Shown here in pieces: positions 1 through 10,992 of a stretch of DNA of 64,000 nt. Source of the DNA: an uncultured Nitrospiraceae bacterium. GTDB lineage: Bacteria > Nitrospirota > Nitrospiria > Nitrospirales > Nitrospiraceae. Made by a program: the position numbers and the translations under genes. The notes beneath the pieces were generated by a model. That model saw only the letters and a list, made by a program, of their open reading frames with translations. It made no database searches and was not told the DNA's origin. The stretch lies in contig CAVPLT010000001.1 of NCBI GenBank assembly GCA_963706325.1, forward strand, positions 928,001 through 992,000, read 5' to 3'. Positions within the stretch are counted from its first letter, which is position 1. Each line of letters opens with the position of its first letter.

Positions 1-1135
1 TGGCAATGGTCACGGGTGGTGCGCCGCTCAATGGCGTGCCATCGGCTCCGACGTTGCTACGCAAGCTGCCAACCTCCATGTTGATATTTCCGGCCGTCCG
101 GTCGATGGAGGAAGCCAGGATGGTTGCCCCCTGTGACAGTGCGGCGTGATCCGCTTGGATGGAGATCCCCTCTGCTGCTGCTGCGGGAGAAAGTGACGCG
201 TCCGGAACGGTGAACGTCGTGCTCGCCTCAAGGTGGGCGTTCTCCATGGTGAATTGGCCGCTACGTATGATAATACGACCAGCGGAGGGGGCGCTTGTAT
301 CAATGACTGCGCCTTGCGCGAGCGACATTGTCCCCATCGCGGAGAAGCTGTTCAGTATAGGTCCAGCAGTTCCGCCCGTCAGCACCTCGCCGGCCGACGC
401 GACACTCACGAGGTTGATTTGGCCACCGGGGGCCGTGAGGCGCGCTGGTTGTACGGCGCCGTTCGTGGCTGTTCCGGCGGTGATCTCGATATTCCCGCCC
501 ACCAAGGACATACCATGTCCTTCTGAAACAGCCAATTGGCCACCTTGCAGAGTGATGGCTCCTGGATTTGATCCGAGAAATCCAAACGCGGCTACTGGCG
601 CACTGGAGATGGCCGCATCTTGCAGGCTCGGAACCGCGTTGAATCGCGCGCCATCCGTGAAGCGGAGATAATCAGCCGTCGTGAAGCTCACCGACCCGCC
701 GACATTCAGGGAGGCATTCGGGCCGAAGACAATCCCGGCTGGGTTCATTAAAAAGAGATTGGCGCTGCCGAAGCCGGTGGTTTGAATGGTGCCGAAGATG
801 TTGGAGGGGTTGCCGCCGGTGACGCGGCCGAGGATATTAGATGTTGCGAGACCGGAGTCGTTCAAAAAGTTGGCGACGTGATTCGTGGGGACACCGAACT
901 CACCAAAGCTGTGAAAAAGATTCGGACCGCTGCTAGGACGAGTGCCCCCGGTGATCTCATGCACATTGCCGCTTGTTGTGACGGTCGTATTCAGCCCCGA
1001 CGAGGTGATGGGCGAAGTCGCTTGGGTGTGGCCAAGAGCAGGCACAAAGAGTGAGATGAGCCCATAAACGACGAAGGCCGCTGAGGAATGTGCTGGTGGT
1101 TTGTGACGGGGGACCGTCAGAATGTTGCTCAGCAT
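1..1135 (-). CDS. Filamentous haemagglutinin N-terminal (TPS) domain exoprotein, 3' part runs off the window
   Basis: Not in the ORF track. Manual translation from ATG 1135 (GGAAGGA upstream) gives MLSNILTVPRH...ATSPITSSGLNTTV...NLFHSFGEFGVP...NILGRVTGGNPSNIFGTI...ANLFLMNPAGIVFGPNASLNVGGS, the haemagglutination-activity domain; paralogue of 1176..4115. Confidence 0.9.
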   Translation of the reverse strand, partial: MLSNILTVPRHKPPAHSSAAFVVYGLISLFVPALGHTQATSPITSSGLNTTVTTSGNVHEITGGTRPSSGPNLFHSFGEFGVPTNHVANFLNDSGLATSNILGRVTGGNPSNIFGTIQTTGFGSANLFLMNPAGIVFGPNASLNVGGSVSFTTADYLRFTDGARFNAVPSLQDAAISSAPVAAFGFLGSNPGAITLQGGQLAVSEGHGMSLVGGNIEITAGTATNGAVQPARLTAPGGQINLVSVASAGEVLTGGTAGPILNSFSAMGTMSLAQGAVIDTSAPSAGRIIIRSGQFTMENAHLEASTTFTVPDASLSPAAAAEGISIQADHAALSQGATILASSIDRTAGNINMEVGSLRSNVGADGTPLSGAPPVTIA

Positions 1136-1175
1136 AAGATTTTTTCCTTCCGACCGACCATTTTCATGGTCGTTC

Positions 1176-4115
1176 TTAGGACCCGCAACCGGTCTCCTGG
1201 CCTGAGACGCCTCGATGTGACAATGAGCGATATGGATCAGGCACATGTCCCACGTGCCGCTGAATGCGCTGCGAGAGCTCGAAGGCGCCGTTGGGGCGTA
1301 CCTGAGCGTGGGAACCCGGCTTTTCATGGGCAAGTAAGGCCAGCGGACTCATCAGCCACCCGCCCGGTTCGACAGGGAGCGCATCCCGTCCCGCGACCAC
1401 GAGGCTGCTCAGTTGACCATTCGCCTGGGCGGCACAACGCTGGGTGAGGAGCGGCTGTGCTTGCAAGGGACGTTGCGGCAGGGTGGCCAACGTGTTGCTC
1501 AAACTCGACACGGGCGATTGTATGTTGACGGCGCCGCTCAACCCGAACTGCGAGGAGGCGCTGACGACGCTCGTCGGATCCGCCAGGAACGTCCCCGCAA
1601 TGATGCTGATATTGCCCCCCGTGCCTTGCACGGCTTGCGCAAGCACCTGGCTGTTCTGCAACGTGACGACGGCCGGGTCGAGGGTAATGTTGCCGCTGGA
1701 CGTGTTTGGACCACCCTGGACGGAAGTGCTGAGTTGGCTGTTCACAAGCCGGATCGAATCGGTGGCCTGGATGAAAATATTGCCTCCGCTCGCCAGTGTT
1801 GCGTCGGTCGTAACAGAGGCGTCTTGACTGAGAAACTGAGCACCTGCCTTGATGGTGATGTTTCCGGCGTTGCCGAGGCCGGTGCTCCCCGCGGAAATCA
1901 TCGCTCCATTGCCCAATGAGACGGCCTGCCTGGCAGCGAGAGAAATGTTGCCTCCAGGGCCTTCCGCAGATGTGTTGCTCGTAATCTTGGTGGACTGATC
2001 CGCTCGTAAATTGGTTGCATTGATCGTAATGTTTCCAGCCGGCGCTGATCCCAGCGTGTCAGTCCTAATGGCGCTATTGGTCAGCTGGATCGCATCGGCA
2101 GTCATCGTGATCGTGGCGGGAACTATGGTGGCTGGGCCATCTTTCACTATCGTATGGAGCTGGACATTGTTCAACGTCACCAGCTGAGCCGCATCGGAGG
2201 GTTCTGAGCCGATGCCTGAGATGGTCAATGTCCCAGCCTGGCCAACCTCGCTTGAGCTAATGATGAGGGACGGAGGTTGGCCATTGATCGGTGTCCCGTC
2301 AGGTTTCACGTTTCCCCTCAAAATGTTGACGTTGAGGGCGATTGTCCCCGCTGGCGCAGCGGCGTTACCGAAGGCGCCGGAAAAAATCCCCGTTCGGCCG
2401 CTGAAACTCAGGGTGTCGGCGGTGATGACGGTTGCGCTTGATGCTGGCAGAGTCGCGGCTCCCCCATCCAGCCCGGAGCTGAATGAAGCATTATAGAGGG
2501 CAACCAGCCTTGCAGGGTCCGTGGCCTCAGGTCGGATTCCTGAAATCGTCAGGATTCCGGCCGGGCCGGCCGTGGTCCCCACGTCGTTGCCTGTGACAAT
2601 GAACATCCTGTGCGCGCCAACGATCGGCGTCTCATCGGGATAGACGTTCACAAGCAGCCGGTCGGTGTTGATGGCAATCGTGCCTGCAGGTCCGGGGCCG
2701 TTGGTGTTCGCTACAAGTGTGGCGGCGCCCACCCCTCGTTCATCGGGCCATACTTCATTGTGTAACAACACCGAGTCCGCGGTAATCGTGATGGCAGAAA
2801 GCCTCGTATCTGCCGTCCCGCCAAAAATCCTGGTGCTCAGCGAGGTGTCCCTGAGCGTAACGCTCTTCGCAGCGGTGCCGGATCCGCCCAGACCTTGGAC
2901 GATGATCCTCCCCGCAGGGCCCGCATCGGCGTCCCGGCTCCTGCTGTCGCTCGCAATCAGGTTGCCGTTCAACGTCCCGTCGTCAGTGGGGGGGTTGAGC
3001 AGGACGATATTGGCGCCGGCTTTCGTGGTCAGCGTATCGACATTGAAGGTGATAACACCTGCCGGCGCTGAGCCATGTGTATCCGCGGTGATGAGAACCC
3101 CATTGGTGAGCGACACGTTCTCTGCCGTGATGGAAATGGTTGGAGGAGCATTAGGCATATCGGCCACACTGTTCGAGCCGTTCACAGAAACGGCTTTCAG
3201 GGAGGCATCGTCCATGGCCAGCTGACCGGCACGAATCACGATCCGCCCAGCCATGTCGGCGCTCGTATCGATGGTTGCTCCTTGCGAAAGGGAGATGGTT
3301 CCAAACCTGCTGAACCCGCTTACCGAGGGTTCCGTATGTTCGAGCTGCGCATTGTTGAGCAGTACCTCGCCGGTCGACGTGACACTCACGAGGTTGATTT
3401 GCCCGCCTGGGGCTGAAAGCCGGGTTGGCTGCACCGTGGCATTTTCGAGCGTCCCGCTCTGAAGAGTGAGATTCCCTCCTACCAGCGAAATGCCCTGTCC
3501 TTCCGAAACCGCCAACTGACTGCCCTGCACTGTAATTGCCCCCGGATTCGAGCCGAGGAATCCAAATGCCGCCACCGGCGCGCTGGAGATGGAAGCGTCC
3601 TGTGAGCCGGGAATCGCGTTGAACCGCGCGCCATCCGCCAAGCGAAGATAATCAGCCGTGGTGAAGCTCACCGACCCGCCGACATTCAAAGACGCATTCG
3701 GGCCGAAGACAATCCCGGCCGGATTCATCAGGAGCAGATTGGCGCTCCCGAAGCCGGTGGTTTGGATGGTCCCGAAGATGTTCGATGAATTCCCGCCGGT
3801 GACGCGGCCGAGAATATTAGATGTTGTGAGACCGGAGTCGTTCAAAAAGTTGGCGACGTGATTCGTGGGGACGCCGAACTCACCAAAGCTGTGAAAAAGA
3901 TTGGGTCCGCTGCCAGGACGAGTGCCCCCGGTGATGGCATGCACGTTGCCGCTTGTCGTGACGGTCGTACCCAGCCCTGACGAGGTGATGGGAGATGTCG
4001 CTTGCGCGTGAGTCAGATCGGGCCGGCATAAAGGGATCAGACAACAGATTACCAAAGCGGTAGTTCGCAGTGAGTGGCGCTGATGCCTTGGGCCGGTCTG
4101 GAGCTTGCGCGTCAT
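1176..4115 (-). CDS. Filamentous haemagglutinin family (TpsA-like) exoprotein, 979 aa
   Basis: Signal peptide, NLFHSF...NPAGIVFGPNASLNVGGS TPS motif, G-x-G-N-I-T-I beta-helix repeats, C-terminal RCAA...GRDALP.EPGGWL tail. Confidence 0.92.
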   Translation of the reverse strand: MTRKLQTGPRHQRHSLRTTALVICCLIPLCRPDLTHAQATSPITSSGLGTTVTTSGNVHAITGGTRPGSGPNLFHSFGEFGVPTNHVANFLNDSGLTTSNILGRVTGGNSSNIFGTIQTTGFGSANLLLMNPAGIVFGPNASLNVGGSVSFTTADYLRLADGARFNAIPGSQDASISSAPVAAFGFLGSNPGAITVQGSQLAVSEGQGISLVGGNLTLQSGTLENATVQPTRLSAPGGQINLVSVTSTGEVLLNNAQLEHTEPSVSGFSRFGTISLSQGATIDTSADMAGRIVIRAGQLAMDDASLKAVSVNGSNSVADMPNAPPTISITAENVSLTNGVLITADTHGSAPAGVITFNVDTLTTKAGANIVLLNPPTDDGTLNGNLIASDSRSRDADAGPAGRIIVQGLGGSGTAAKSVTLRDTSLSTRIFGGTADTRLSAITITADSVLLHNEVWPDERGVGAATLVANTNGPGPAGTIAINTDRLLVNVYPDETPIVGAHRMFIVTGNDVGTTAGPAGILTISGIRPEATDPARLVALYNASFSSGLDGGAATLPASSATVITADTLSFSGRTGIFSGAFGNAAAPAGTIALNVNILRGNVKPDGTPINGQPPSLIISSSEVGQAGTLTISGIGSEPSDAAQLVTLNNVQLHTIVKDGPATIVPATITMTADAIQLTNSAIRTDTLGSAPAGNITINATNLRADQSTKITSNTSAEGPGGNISLAARQAVSLGNGAMISAGSTGLGNAGNITIKAGAQFLSQDASVTTDATLASGGNIFIQATDSIRLVNSQLSTSVQGGPNTSSGNITLDPAVVTLQNSQVLAQAVQGTGGNISIIAGTFLADPTSVVSASSQFGLSGAVNIQSPVSSLSNTLATLPQRPLQAQPLLTQRCAAQANGQLSSLVVAGRDALPVEPGGWLMSPLALLAHEKPGSHAQVRPNGAFELSQRIQRHVGHVPDPYRSLSHRGVSGQETGCGS

Positions 4116-4154
4116 ATCACCTTATGTCGACCGGCCACTTTTTGTGGCCGCTTC

Positions 4155-7078
4155 TTAAGACCCACAGCCGGTTGCCCGGTCAGAAATACCTCGCTGGGGT
4201 GAAGAGCTCATTTGTCGTAACGACGCTTCTCCCGGAAGTTGGCTCTGCGCCGGTCTGACACGAGGGAAGCCGGCGACAGGCTGGGCACCCGGTTCAAGCC
4301 GTTCGGGGGTCAGCAGAGCCATCGGACTCATCAGCCACCCGCCTGGTTCGGCAGGCAGGGCATCCCGTCCCGTTACCACGAGGCTGCTCAATTGACCATT
4401 CATCTGGGCGGCGCATCGCTGAGTGAGCAGGTTCTGTGCTTGTAGCGGGCGTTGCGGCAGCGTGGCCAGCGTGTTGCTTAAGCTCGACACGGGCGATTGA
4501 ATGTTGACGGCGCCGCTCAACCCGAACTGCGACGAGGCACTCACGATGCTGGTCTGGTCGGCAAGAAAGGTCCCCGCGATGATATTGATGTTGCCGCCTG
4601 CGCCCTGCACCGCTTGGGCCGTGACCTGGCTGTTTTGGAGTGTGACGATGGCCGGATCGAGGACGATGTTGCCGCCCGCCGTGTTGGGACCGCCCTGAAC
4701 GGATGTGCTGAGCTGGCTATTCACCAGTCTGATGGAATCCGTCGCTTGAACTGTAATGTTCCCGCCGCTGGCTTGGTTTGCAGTAGTAGACAAAGTTCCA
4801 TTCTGACTCAAAAACTGAGCCCCTGCGTTAATGACAATATTGCCGGCATTGGCAGGACCGGTGCTGTTCGCGATGATCGAACCTCCGTTACTCAAGGTGA
4901 CGGACTGATTCGCTACGACTGAAATATTCCCGCCCGTTGCGCTGGGTTCGATCCCCGACGTTGATGCCGAAAGGACGCCGCCATTCTGAATGGTGACGGA
5001 TTGGGCTGATAGATTAATGCTGCCCCCGGCCCCGGTGCCTTGTGCGTCCGTGAAGATTCCGCTCCCGACTCCATCGATAACAATCGATTGCGCTGGACCG
5101 GGGACATTTGGACCGTAATCGTGCCGCCTCCACCGGTTGGAATTTCTACGAGCGCATCCGGAGCATCAAATGGGAACGGGGTGCTGCCGCTTTTGAGTTG
5201 CCCACCATTGGTGACTTGTAGACTATTCGTGAAGAGATTGAGCCTCCCTCCCTGTCCGGATTCGGAAGGTCTCGGTGGTGAGGAGACTTCCGCTCTGTCA
5301 CGAGAATCTGAGGAGCCGTGATCGTGAGGTCGGCGGCTGGAGCTGATCGGTAAGCATTAGTTGCAATTACAGAGTTGGCCATCCAGGCTCAATTGTTCGG
5401 AGAGCGTCACGGTGATGTTACCTGGTACATGCGGAGTCAAGTTGTCACCCTCGATTAGGGACCTTTCCTGAAGGGTCAGGTTTTGCGCGAGTGATCTCCA
5501 CCTTTCCCAACGACCGGTTATGTCGTTGCCGCGTTGAAGACAGTCGCTCCTTGGCTCAAACGATATCGCCATTGTGGTGCGTTTAAGGTGATGTTACCCG
5601 ACCTGCCGGTACTCAGGCTGGTTTGAGACGTAATGATAGGACTTGCCAGCATGTGAGTCCCTCGGGTGCTCGTGAGTTCGATATGACCTGCATTGCCCGA
5701 ATTGAGGCGATTCCTTCATCCACTCCTTGGCGTAACGGTCGAGATACCTCCAAAGTTCTCCGATTCAATGTTCCGAACCGCTCGTGCAGTGATGTTGCCG
5801 CTGTCACTCGCGCTCACGGTAGCGGTCGTGAGCTGCGCAAGCGTCTTTCATGAGGATGGAGTTGGCGTCCAACGTAATGTCCCCACTCTTCCCCCCCGCA
5901 CTCATCGGCGCCACATCGGACCTGATGCCGGTGAAGGGGAAAGTAAATGTCTCCAGATCGAACTCATTAATCCCAACCATCTCGATGTGATCGGCTCGTA
6001 TGCGCACGCCACCCGAGCCGAGGCCCGGTGATGCCTGGTCGGTCACATTGGTTTCAAGGACGGCGAGGTTCCGAATCACCACATCCTGGGCCATCTGAAT
6101 GTCGATCCCAGTCCCAGCTTGGCCCGGCTGTCCCGAGGGTGGGCCGGTCACGTTGGCCGAGAGCGTCGAGTCGTCAATAACAAAACTGCCGCCCCGAATA
6201 CGAATGGTCCCACCGTCGTAGCCGCTGCTGTCGATGACCGATTTTTGCGAAACCTGGATTGTGCCGAGCGCTCCAAAGGACTGTCCGTTTATATTGGGAG
6301 CTTGCTCCAAGGTGCCCGTGAGAATCTCTCCCGGCGAGGCAACGCTCGCCAGAGAAATCGCGCCGGCTGGCGCGACGAGCTGTGCTGGTCGGACGGTGCC
6401 GTCAGCAAGTGTGCCGGACTCAACGGTGATATTCCCACCGACGAGCGAGATGTTCTGGCCAGGGAGCACGGAGAGTTCTCCGCCCTGAACGGTAATGGCC
6501 CCGGGGTTCGATCCGAGGAATCCGAATGCTGCGACCGGTGCGCTGGAGATAGACGCGTCTGCCGATCCGGGAATCGCCGTGAACCTTGCACCATCTGCTA
6601 GACGTAGGTGATCAGCCGTTGTGAAACTGACTGATCCTCCGACATTGAGTGAGGCATTCGGGCCGAAAACAATCCCGGCTGGATTCATCAAAAAGAGATT
6701 GGCGCTGCCGAAGCCGGTGGTTTGAAGAGTGCCGAAGATGTTGGACGGATTGCCATCCGTGACCCGACCTAAAATATTGGAGGTAGCCAGGCCCGAGTCG
6801 TTGAGGAAATTGGCGGTGTTATTGGTCGGAACACCGAATTGTCCAAAACTGTGGAATAGGTTGGCTCCGTTTCCTGGCCTTGTACCGCCCGTAATATTAT
6901 AGGTGTTCCCCGCTTGGGACACGGTGGTGCCCAGGTTGCCGGCACCGGTAGTTGAAGTGATGGGAGGAGCTGTTTGTGCGAGACCGAGTGAGGCCTGCGA
7001 GGCTGCTATCAGAAGCACGAAAACTGGCATCGCACCTGACAGGGAGATGAATGACGCTCGGCCAGTAGTCCCTATCAT
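4155..7078 (-). pseudogene. Third filamentous haemagglutinin family gene, broken by several frameshifts at about 4900-5830 (true pseudogene or sequencing error)
   Basis: The N-terminal TPS domain (ORF 5804..7135, likely ATG 7078 after AAGGA) and the C-terminal tail (ORF 4155..4895) match the paralogues. The middle carries SGNIT/GNAGHI/GNITLNA motifs in shifting frames. Confidence 0.8.
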
Positions 7079-7207
7079 GGAGGGTTCCTTTTGCCTAGGG
7101 TTACGATTCAGCTCTACTGAACAGTCGATGATCATGGGCTGGCGCCTGTTGGCCAGCCCATGATTTTTCTACTCATCCCCTTGCCAGCGACGCAAGGCTA
7201 CAGCCAA

Positions 7208-7600
7208 TTAGACGCTTTTGTCCATAGACCCGAGGCACCAGGACTTGATTCTAAACTCTGGCCCTGCGATGAGACGCGATGCGAGACTACCAATCGAGCG
7301 ATTCCCTCTCACATGTGCGACGATTTCCTTGGGCAGGTTGGTTGAAGGCAGAGTAAGGGATAGTGAATCATGACCCGTATTGAAAGCCGATGCGGGGGTG
7401 ATGGCAGCCGCATGGAGCTGAAAGAGATCAGTGCCACTCGCACGGCATGTGGCACATCCAGGTGTGCCACGCCACTGACAATTCCCTTGCGGATTCCAGC
7501 AGGGGCAGCAAAGGGCGTTAGCCTCAGTCGGGATGAAGAGTGATGGACCTGTGAGCAGCGTAAAGAGCATGAGTATAGGTGCGAGTCTGAGCATGAACAT
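7208..7600 (-). CDS. Secreted Cys-rich hypothetical protein, 130 aa
   Basis: AAGGAGG RBS, hydrophobic signal peptide ending ANA, then CCPC-x6-C-x7-CATC. Confidence 0.7.
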   Translation of the reverse strand: MFMLRLAPILMLFTLLTGPSLFIPTEANALCCPCWNPQGNCQWRGTPGCATCRASGTDLFQLHAAAITPASAFNTGHDSLSLTLPSTNLPKEIVAHVRGNRSIGSLASRLIAGPEFRIKSWCLGSMDKSV

Positions 7601-7651
7601 CGCGAGACCTCCTTCAGAAGAAGTCAGTTGAATGAGTGGTCAGTTGCCTTC

Positions 7652-8065
7652 CTACTTATGCTTGGGATCCACCTTTTTACCCCTCTCGTACAGAGCATTC
7701 GGGCACCTTGTGAACTCATAGGTGTCCCCTTCTGTTACAACTGTGCCCGGCATTACGGAGATCGTGTACACCTTGCTCCTTAGTTTTTTAACGTATTTTT
7801 TCTCAGTTTCGTCATTCATGTCTGGTTGAGTGACTGCGAAGACGGAGTCGGGATAGGTCACGTTTAAAGAACCTTTCTTGTCGTCCTTTTTTACGGTGAA
7901 TTCGGAAAAACAACCATCCGCACCCTCGCCACAGGCCTCACCTACTCGCGGGCAATTCATTTGATCTTTAGCGTTGGTAGCCGCGAATACAGGGGTAGCC
8001 TCGTTTACAGTTAGAGAAACCAGCGCAGCACAAACTGCTACATATCTACATTTGTTCATGATCAC
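7652..8065 (-). CDS. Secreted hypothetical protein with 4 Cys in the mature part, 137 aa
   Basis: GGAGGAG RBS, signal peptide ending VFA, Lys-rich, visibly more AT-rich than its neighbours. Confidence 0.7.
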   Translation of the reverse strand: MIMNKCRYVAVCAALVSLTVNEATPVFAATNAKDQMNCPRVGEACGEGADGCFSEFTVKKDDKKGSLNVTYPDSVFAVTQPDMNDETEKKYVKKLRSKVYTISVMPGTVVTEGDTYEFTRCPNALYERGKKVDPKHK

Positions 8066-8128
8066 ATCTCCTCCCGATATGGAATGTGGAGCGCCCCTTA
8101 GACTGACGTATCCTCTGCCTGACTCCTT

Positions 8129-8401
8129 TCAATGCACTATCCAGGTACCGTATGGTGTCCTCTTCGCGCCACTGCAGCCTGGTCCATAGCTCGGCTCGCC
8201 GACATGCTTTCCATCCATTCGAAGAGTCCTCGCCTGGGTCGCGACAACACGCATCACCGCCATGTCAGCGAGGTGGCTAAGTGCCGGTGCTGGCTTCGGG
8301 ATAGTCTGTACCTTCGGTAATGGCGAGAGATAAATCGGTCTTGACGGGATGGGAATGCTTTGGCTTGACGGAGGGACTACGGAACTCGAGCAGCCATCCA
8401 T
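8129..8401 (-). CDS. Possible Pro-rich hypothetical protein, 90 aa
   Basis: AAAAGGAG RBS shortly before the ATG and same strand as neighbours; no recognisable domain. Confidence 0.3.
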   Translation of the reverse strand: MDGCSSSVVPPSSQSIPIPSRPIYLSPLPKVQTIPKPAPALSHLADMAVMRVVATQARTLRMDGKHVGEPSYGPGCSGAKRTPYGTWIVH

Positions 8402-8549
8402 GGCGCACTCCTTTTAGCTCTACTTTCCACCCTGCGTGGTGCCGAACCACGCGAGACGAGAGCGGAAGTCTTATGGACCGAACATCCTGGTCATTAACTT
8501 GAAACACAGTGCGGCTACACCCTTCGGATGTCGACCGCACATATCGGGG

Positions 8550-8726
8550 CTAGGCGACCGAGTCCTTGCCCGCGGGCATGTGGCGTAGAGAAACGGGATC
8601 GCCGGGGCTATTTGCTGCATTTGAATCGACCACGGGCAAATTTAGGGGGGACGCATCGATCCAGATACGGCCGGCCGCTATGAGAAGGAAGAGGATCCCG
8701 AGAAGCAGGAAGAGGAGCGCGAACAT
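8550..8726 (-). CDS. Small single-pass membrane protein, 58 aa
   Basis: AGGAGG RBS before ATG 8726; hydrophobic helix MFALLFLLLGILFLLIAAG; sigma54-like promoter upstream. Confidence 0.6.
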   Translation of the reverse strand: MFALLFLLLGILFLLIAAGRIWIDASPLNLPVVDSNAANSPGDPVSLRHMPAGKDSVA

Positions 8727-8807
8727 GGTGACCTCCTGTATCCGCTGTGCTCCCATCGGCGTGCCCTCCTAGGGAATTTCTATTTTTGGTTTCATATGAG
8801 GCAATGC

Positions 8808-8821
8808 GCAAAGGTTGTGCC
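8808..8821 (-). promoter_or_regulatory. sigma54 (-24/-12) promoter
   Basis: Minus strand GGCACAACCTTTGC = GG-N10-GC. Confidence 0.6.
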
Positions 8822-8943
8822 CTACGAATCTAGGTGGCTCATGCATTCTACGGTGGTAAAGATCTGTAGAGATTTTAAGGACATCTGGGTTTCGCCCCCA
8901 CTCCATTCAGACAGATACGAATGCACGTAGTGTTTTCGTTGGT

Positions 8944-8980
8944 GTATCTGATTCGATTCATGGCGTATCCGATCTGATAC
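8944..8980. promoter_or_regulatory. Tandem GTATC-N6-GATAC boxes, putative enhancer-binding-protein site
   Basis: GTATCTGATTCGATTC (8944-8959) and GTATCCGATCTGATAC (8965-8980); the motif recurs at 47485 and 63809. Confidence 0.55.
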
Positions 8981-9071
8981 TCATACACTTCCCCATAGGA
9001 CCGGGGACAACGAAGATGGCTAGGGTCTAAATGCAGAACCAGCAGTCAAAGGAAGTTCTGTGCGAATAAGG

Positions 9072-9104
9072 TGCTGCGTCTCCGTGATGGGCGGAGACGC
9101 AGCA
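9072..9104. terminator. GC-rich hairpin, possible terminator downstream of the fadL operon
   Basis: TGCTGCGTCTCCG-7nt-CGGAGACGCAGCA, a 13-bp perfect stem; U-tract is weak. Confidence 0.4.
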
Positions 9105-9595
9105 GATGGCGTGGGCAGAAGGCGGTCAGATCAGCGCTGGATGGGCACAATCCAGGAGGCCGTGACATGCGGCCGGTTCAAAAATCTTAACCGGCGACAG
9201 GAAACCGGCTCTGCTCCACACCGAGGTATCATGGCTGGATCATTAGGCCAGTTGAACGCAGGGCCTGATGCACGACATACAGAGAAGCAACCGCTATGCC
9301 GCTCACGCGTCCCACGTTCGCTGATGAATTCCACATCTGGCTGCACCGCAAGACTGCTCCGGCCCGGACGCAAAATATAACCGGATAGAATTACGGTTGG
9401 GCGAAATATTGCGTTGCAAGCAGGAGAGCGAGGTATCCTTTTCGATACACGCGCGGGACATCCACTATCAGGGCGCGCCACTGCAAAGAACACAGGAAAA
9501 TCGGAAGTCGTGCCGGCGAGCGAGGTGGTGACAAGAATTGTCGGTCGACGATCCGTGCACGATGTGACGGTGGTCCGAGTCGGCAGGAGCGTGAT

Positions 9596-10988
9596 TCAGT
9601 AATTGAACCGAAGGGATAGGGACGCCGACGTGGATTAATGTATCGTACCGGCCGTTCACCGTGGGATTCTGGTTGCCGACGACGTTGCGCACTTCGTAGA
9701 TCCCGGTTTGATAGGACAGGTCGATTGCAAACAGTTTCGGTTTCAGTGATCCGATGCCTAAGTCGCCGCATTTGACTAGTCCAAAGAAATGACCCGTTCT
9801 GCCTGGCAAGCCAAGCCCAATCCCGATGGAAGGAATATGTGTGTTGGCGGACGGCACGCCGGGGTTGAAAGTACGATCGGGAATTTGGGCTTGTTGATTC
9901 ATGTAGCCGCCTCGTAGCGCCACCTCCCAGTCCGGCATCGCGGCGACGTGAAGCCATCTGTACTCCGTTCCGATCATGACGGTGTACGAGTTCTGCCAGC
10001 TTTGCGGATTCGCAATCACCGCGCCGTTTGCAAGGTGGATATCGAGATTCCGGTTGGCCTTCCACCCGACATAGTCAATATCCAGTTCCAGTTTCCATTC
10101 TCGCTCACGCGTCCGAACAGGCCAGACGGCCATGCCGACAGAGAAGACTTGTGGGAGCACAAAGGTTGCGGAGGCCGGAGAAATCGATGCGCCATTGGCC
10201 AAGAAGTTTCCGGTGAGGTGAAGGGTCGCCTGACTGCGGTAGACCAAACCGATGTTCGCCAGGGGTTTTCCGTCCGTATTGCGAAATGGCGTATAGAGAA
10301 GGCTGACGTTGAATCCAGCTGTGGTGTCACTGCCGTTCAGTTCCACCAGCGAGCCGGCCGGTATCCCCAGGCCTCCAGGCCAGACGGATTTTTGTTCGAC
10401 ATGGCCCTCGCCGAATAGTCCTGAGAAGGTGTAAATGTCCGCTCCCAAACCGACCGAGAGCTGGTCGTTCAGCTTGTAGGCCAAGGTAGGTTTGATGTCG
10501 AGTAACGGCAAGGTGGTAAACGTCACCGCGGTGCGAAATGGTCCGTCGTTCGGGTAGCGGGTGAGCGAGCCGAATGGATTGTTGAAGCCGATGCCAGCCG
10601 TGAGGTTTCCGAGCGCGGAGAATCCGAGGTCTTTGAGATTGGCGACGAGATAGATATGGCCGGGAGGGGGCCAGGCCACAGAGCCATTGCGGTCGCCTGT
10701 CGCCTGCGCGCCGGTTGGGCTGGTGAACTGCGTGGTGCCGCCGATCAAGGAGGTGCCGAACAGGTTCTGGAATCCATGCAGTTGGGTCATGCCGGCCGGA
10801 TTGTAATGGAGCGCCGACGGATCATCGGCTTGCGCCACGAAGGCATTGCCCATTCCTGCGGCGGAGGCAGACTGTCCTTGGAGTCGAGGCGTTTGAGCTT
10901 GGACGGTCGTCGGCGACGTGTAGAGCGTAACGGTTGCGAGGAGCAAGAACACAAGCCGGGTGCGCCAATAGCTCTGCGCGAAGTGCAT
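9596..10988 (-). CDS. OmpP1/FadL/TodX family outer membrane transporter of hydrophobic compounds (C-terminus affected by indels)
   Basis: Signal peptide then GQSASAAGMGNAFVAQADDPSALHYNPAGM, the FadL hatch motif. Removing one G near 9625 gives a barrel-type end HVGSLSLRFNY-stop at 9596-9598. Confidence 0.88.
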
Positions 10989-10992
10989 GAGG

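Noticed and set aside
9468..9595. C-terminal extension of the FadL ORF
   Set aside because: Likely read-through from a one-base insertion; the barrel-type end lies at 9596
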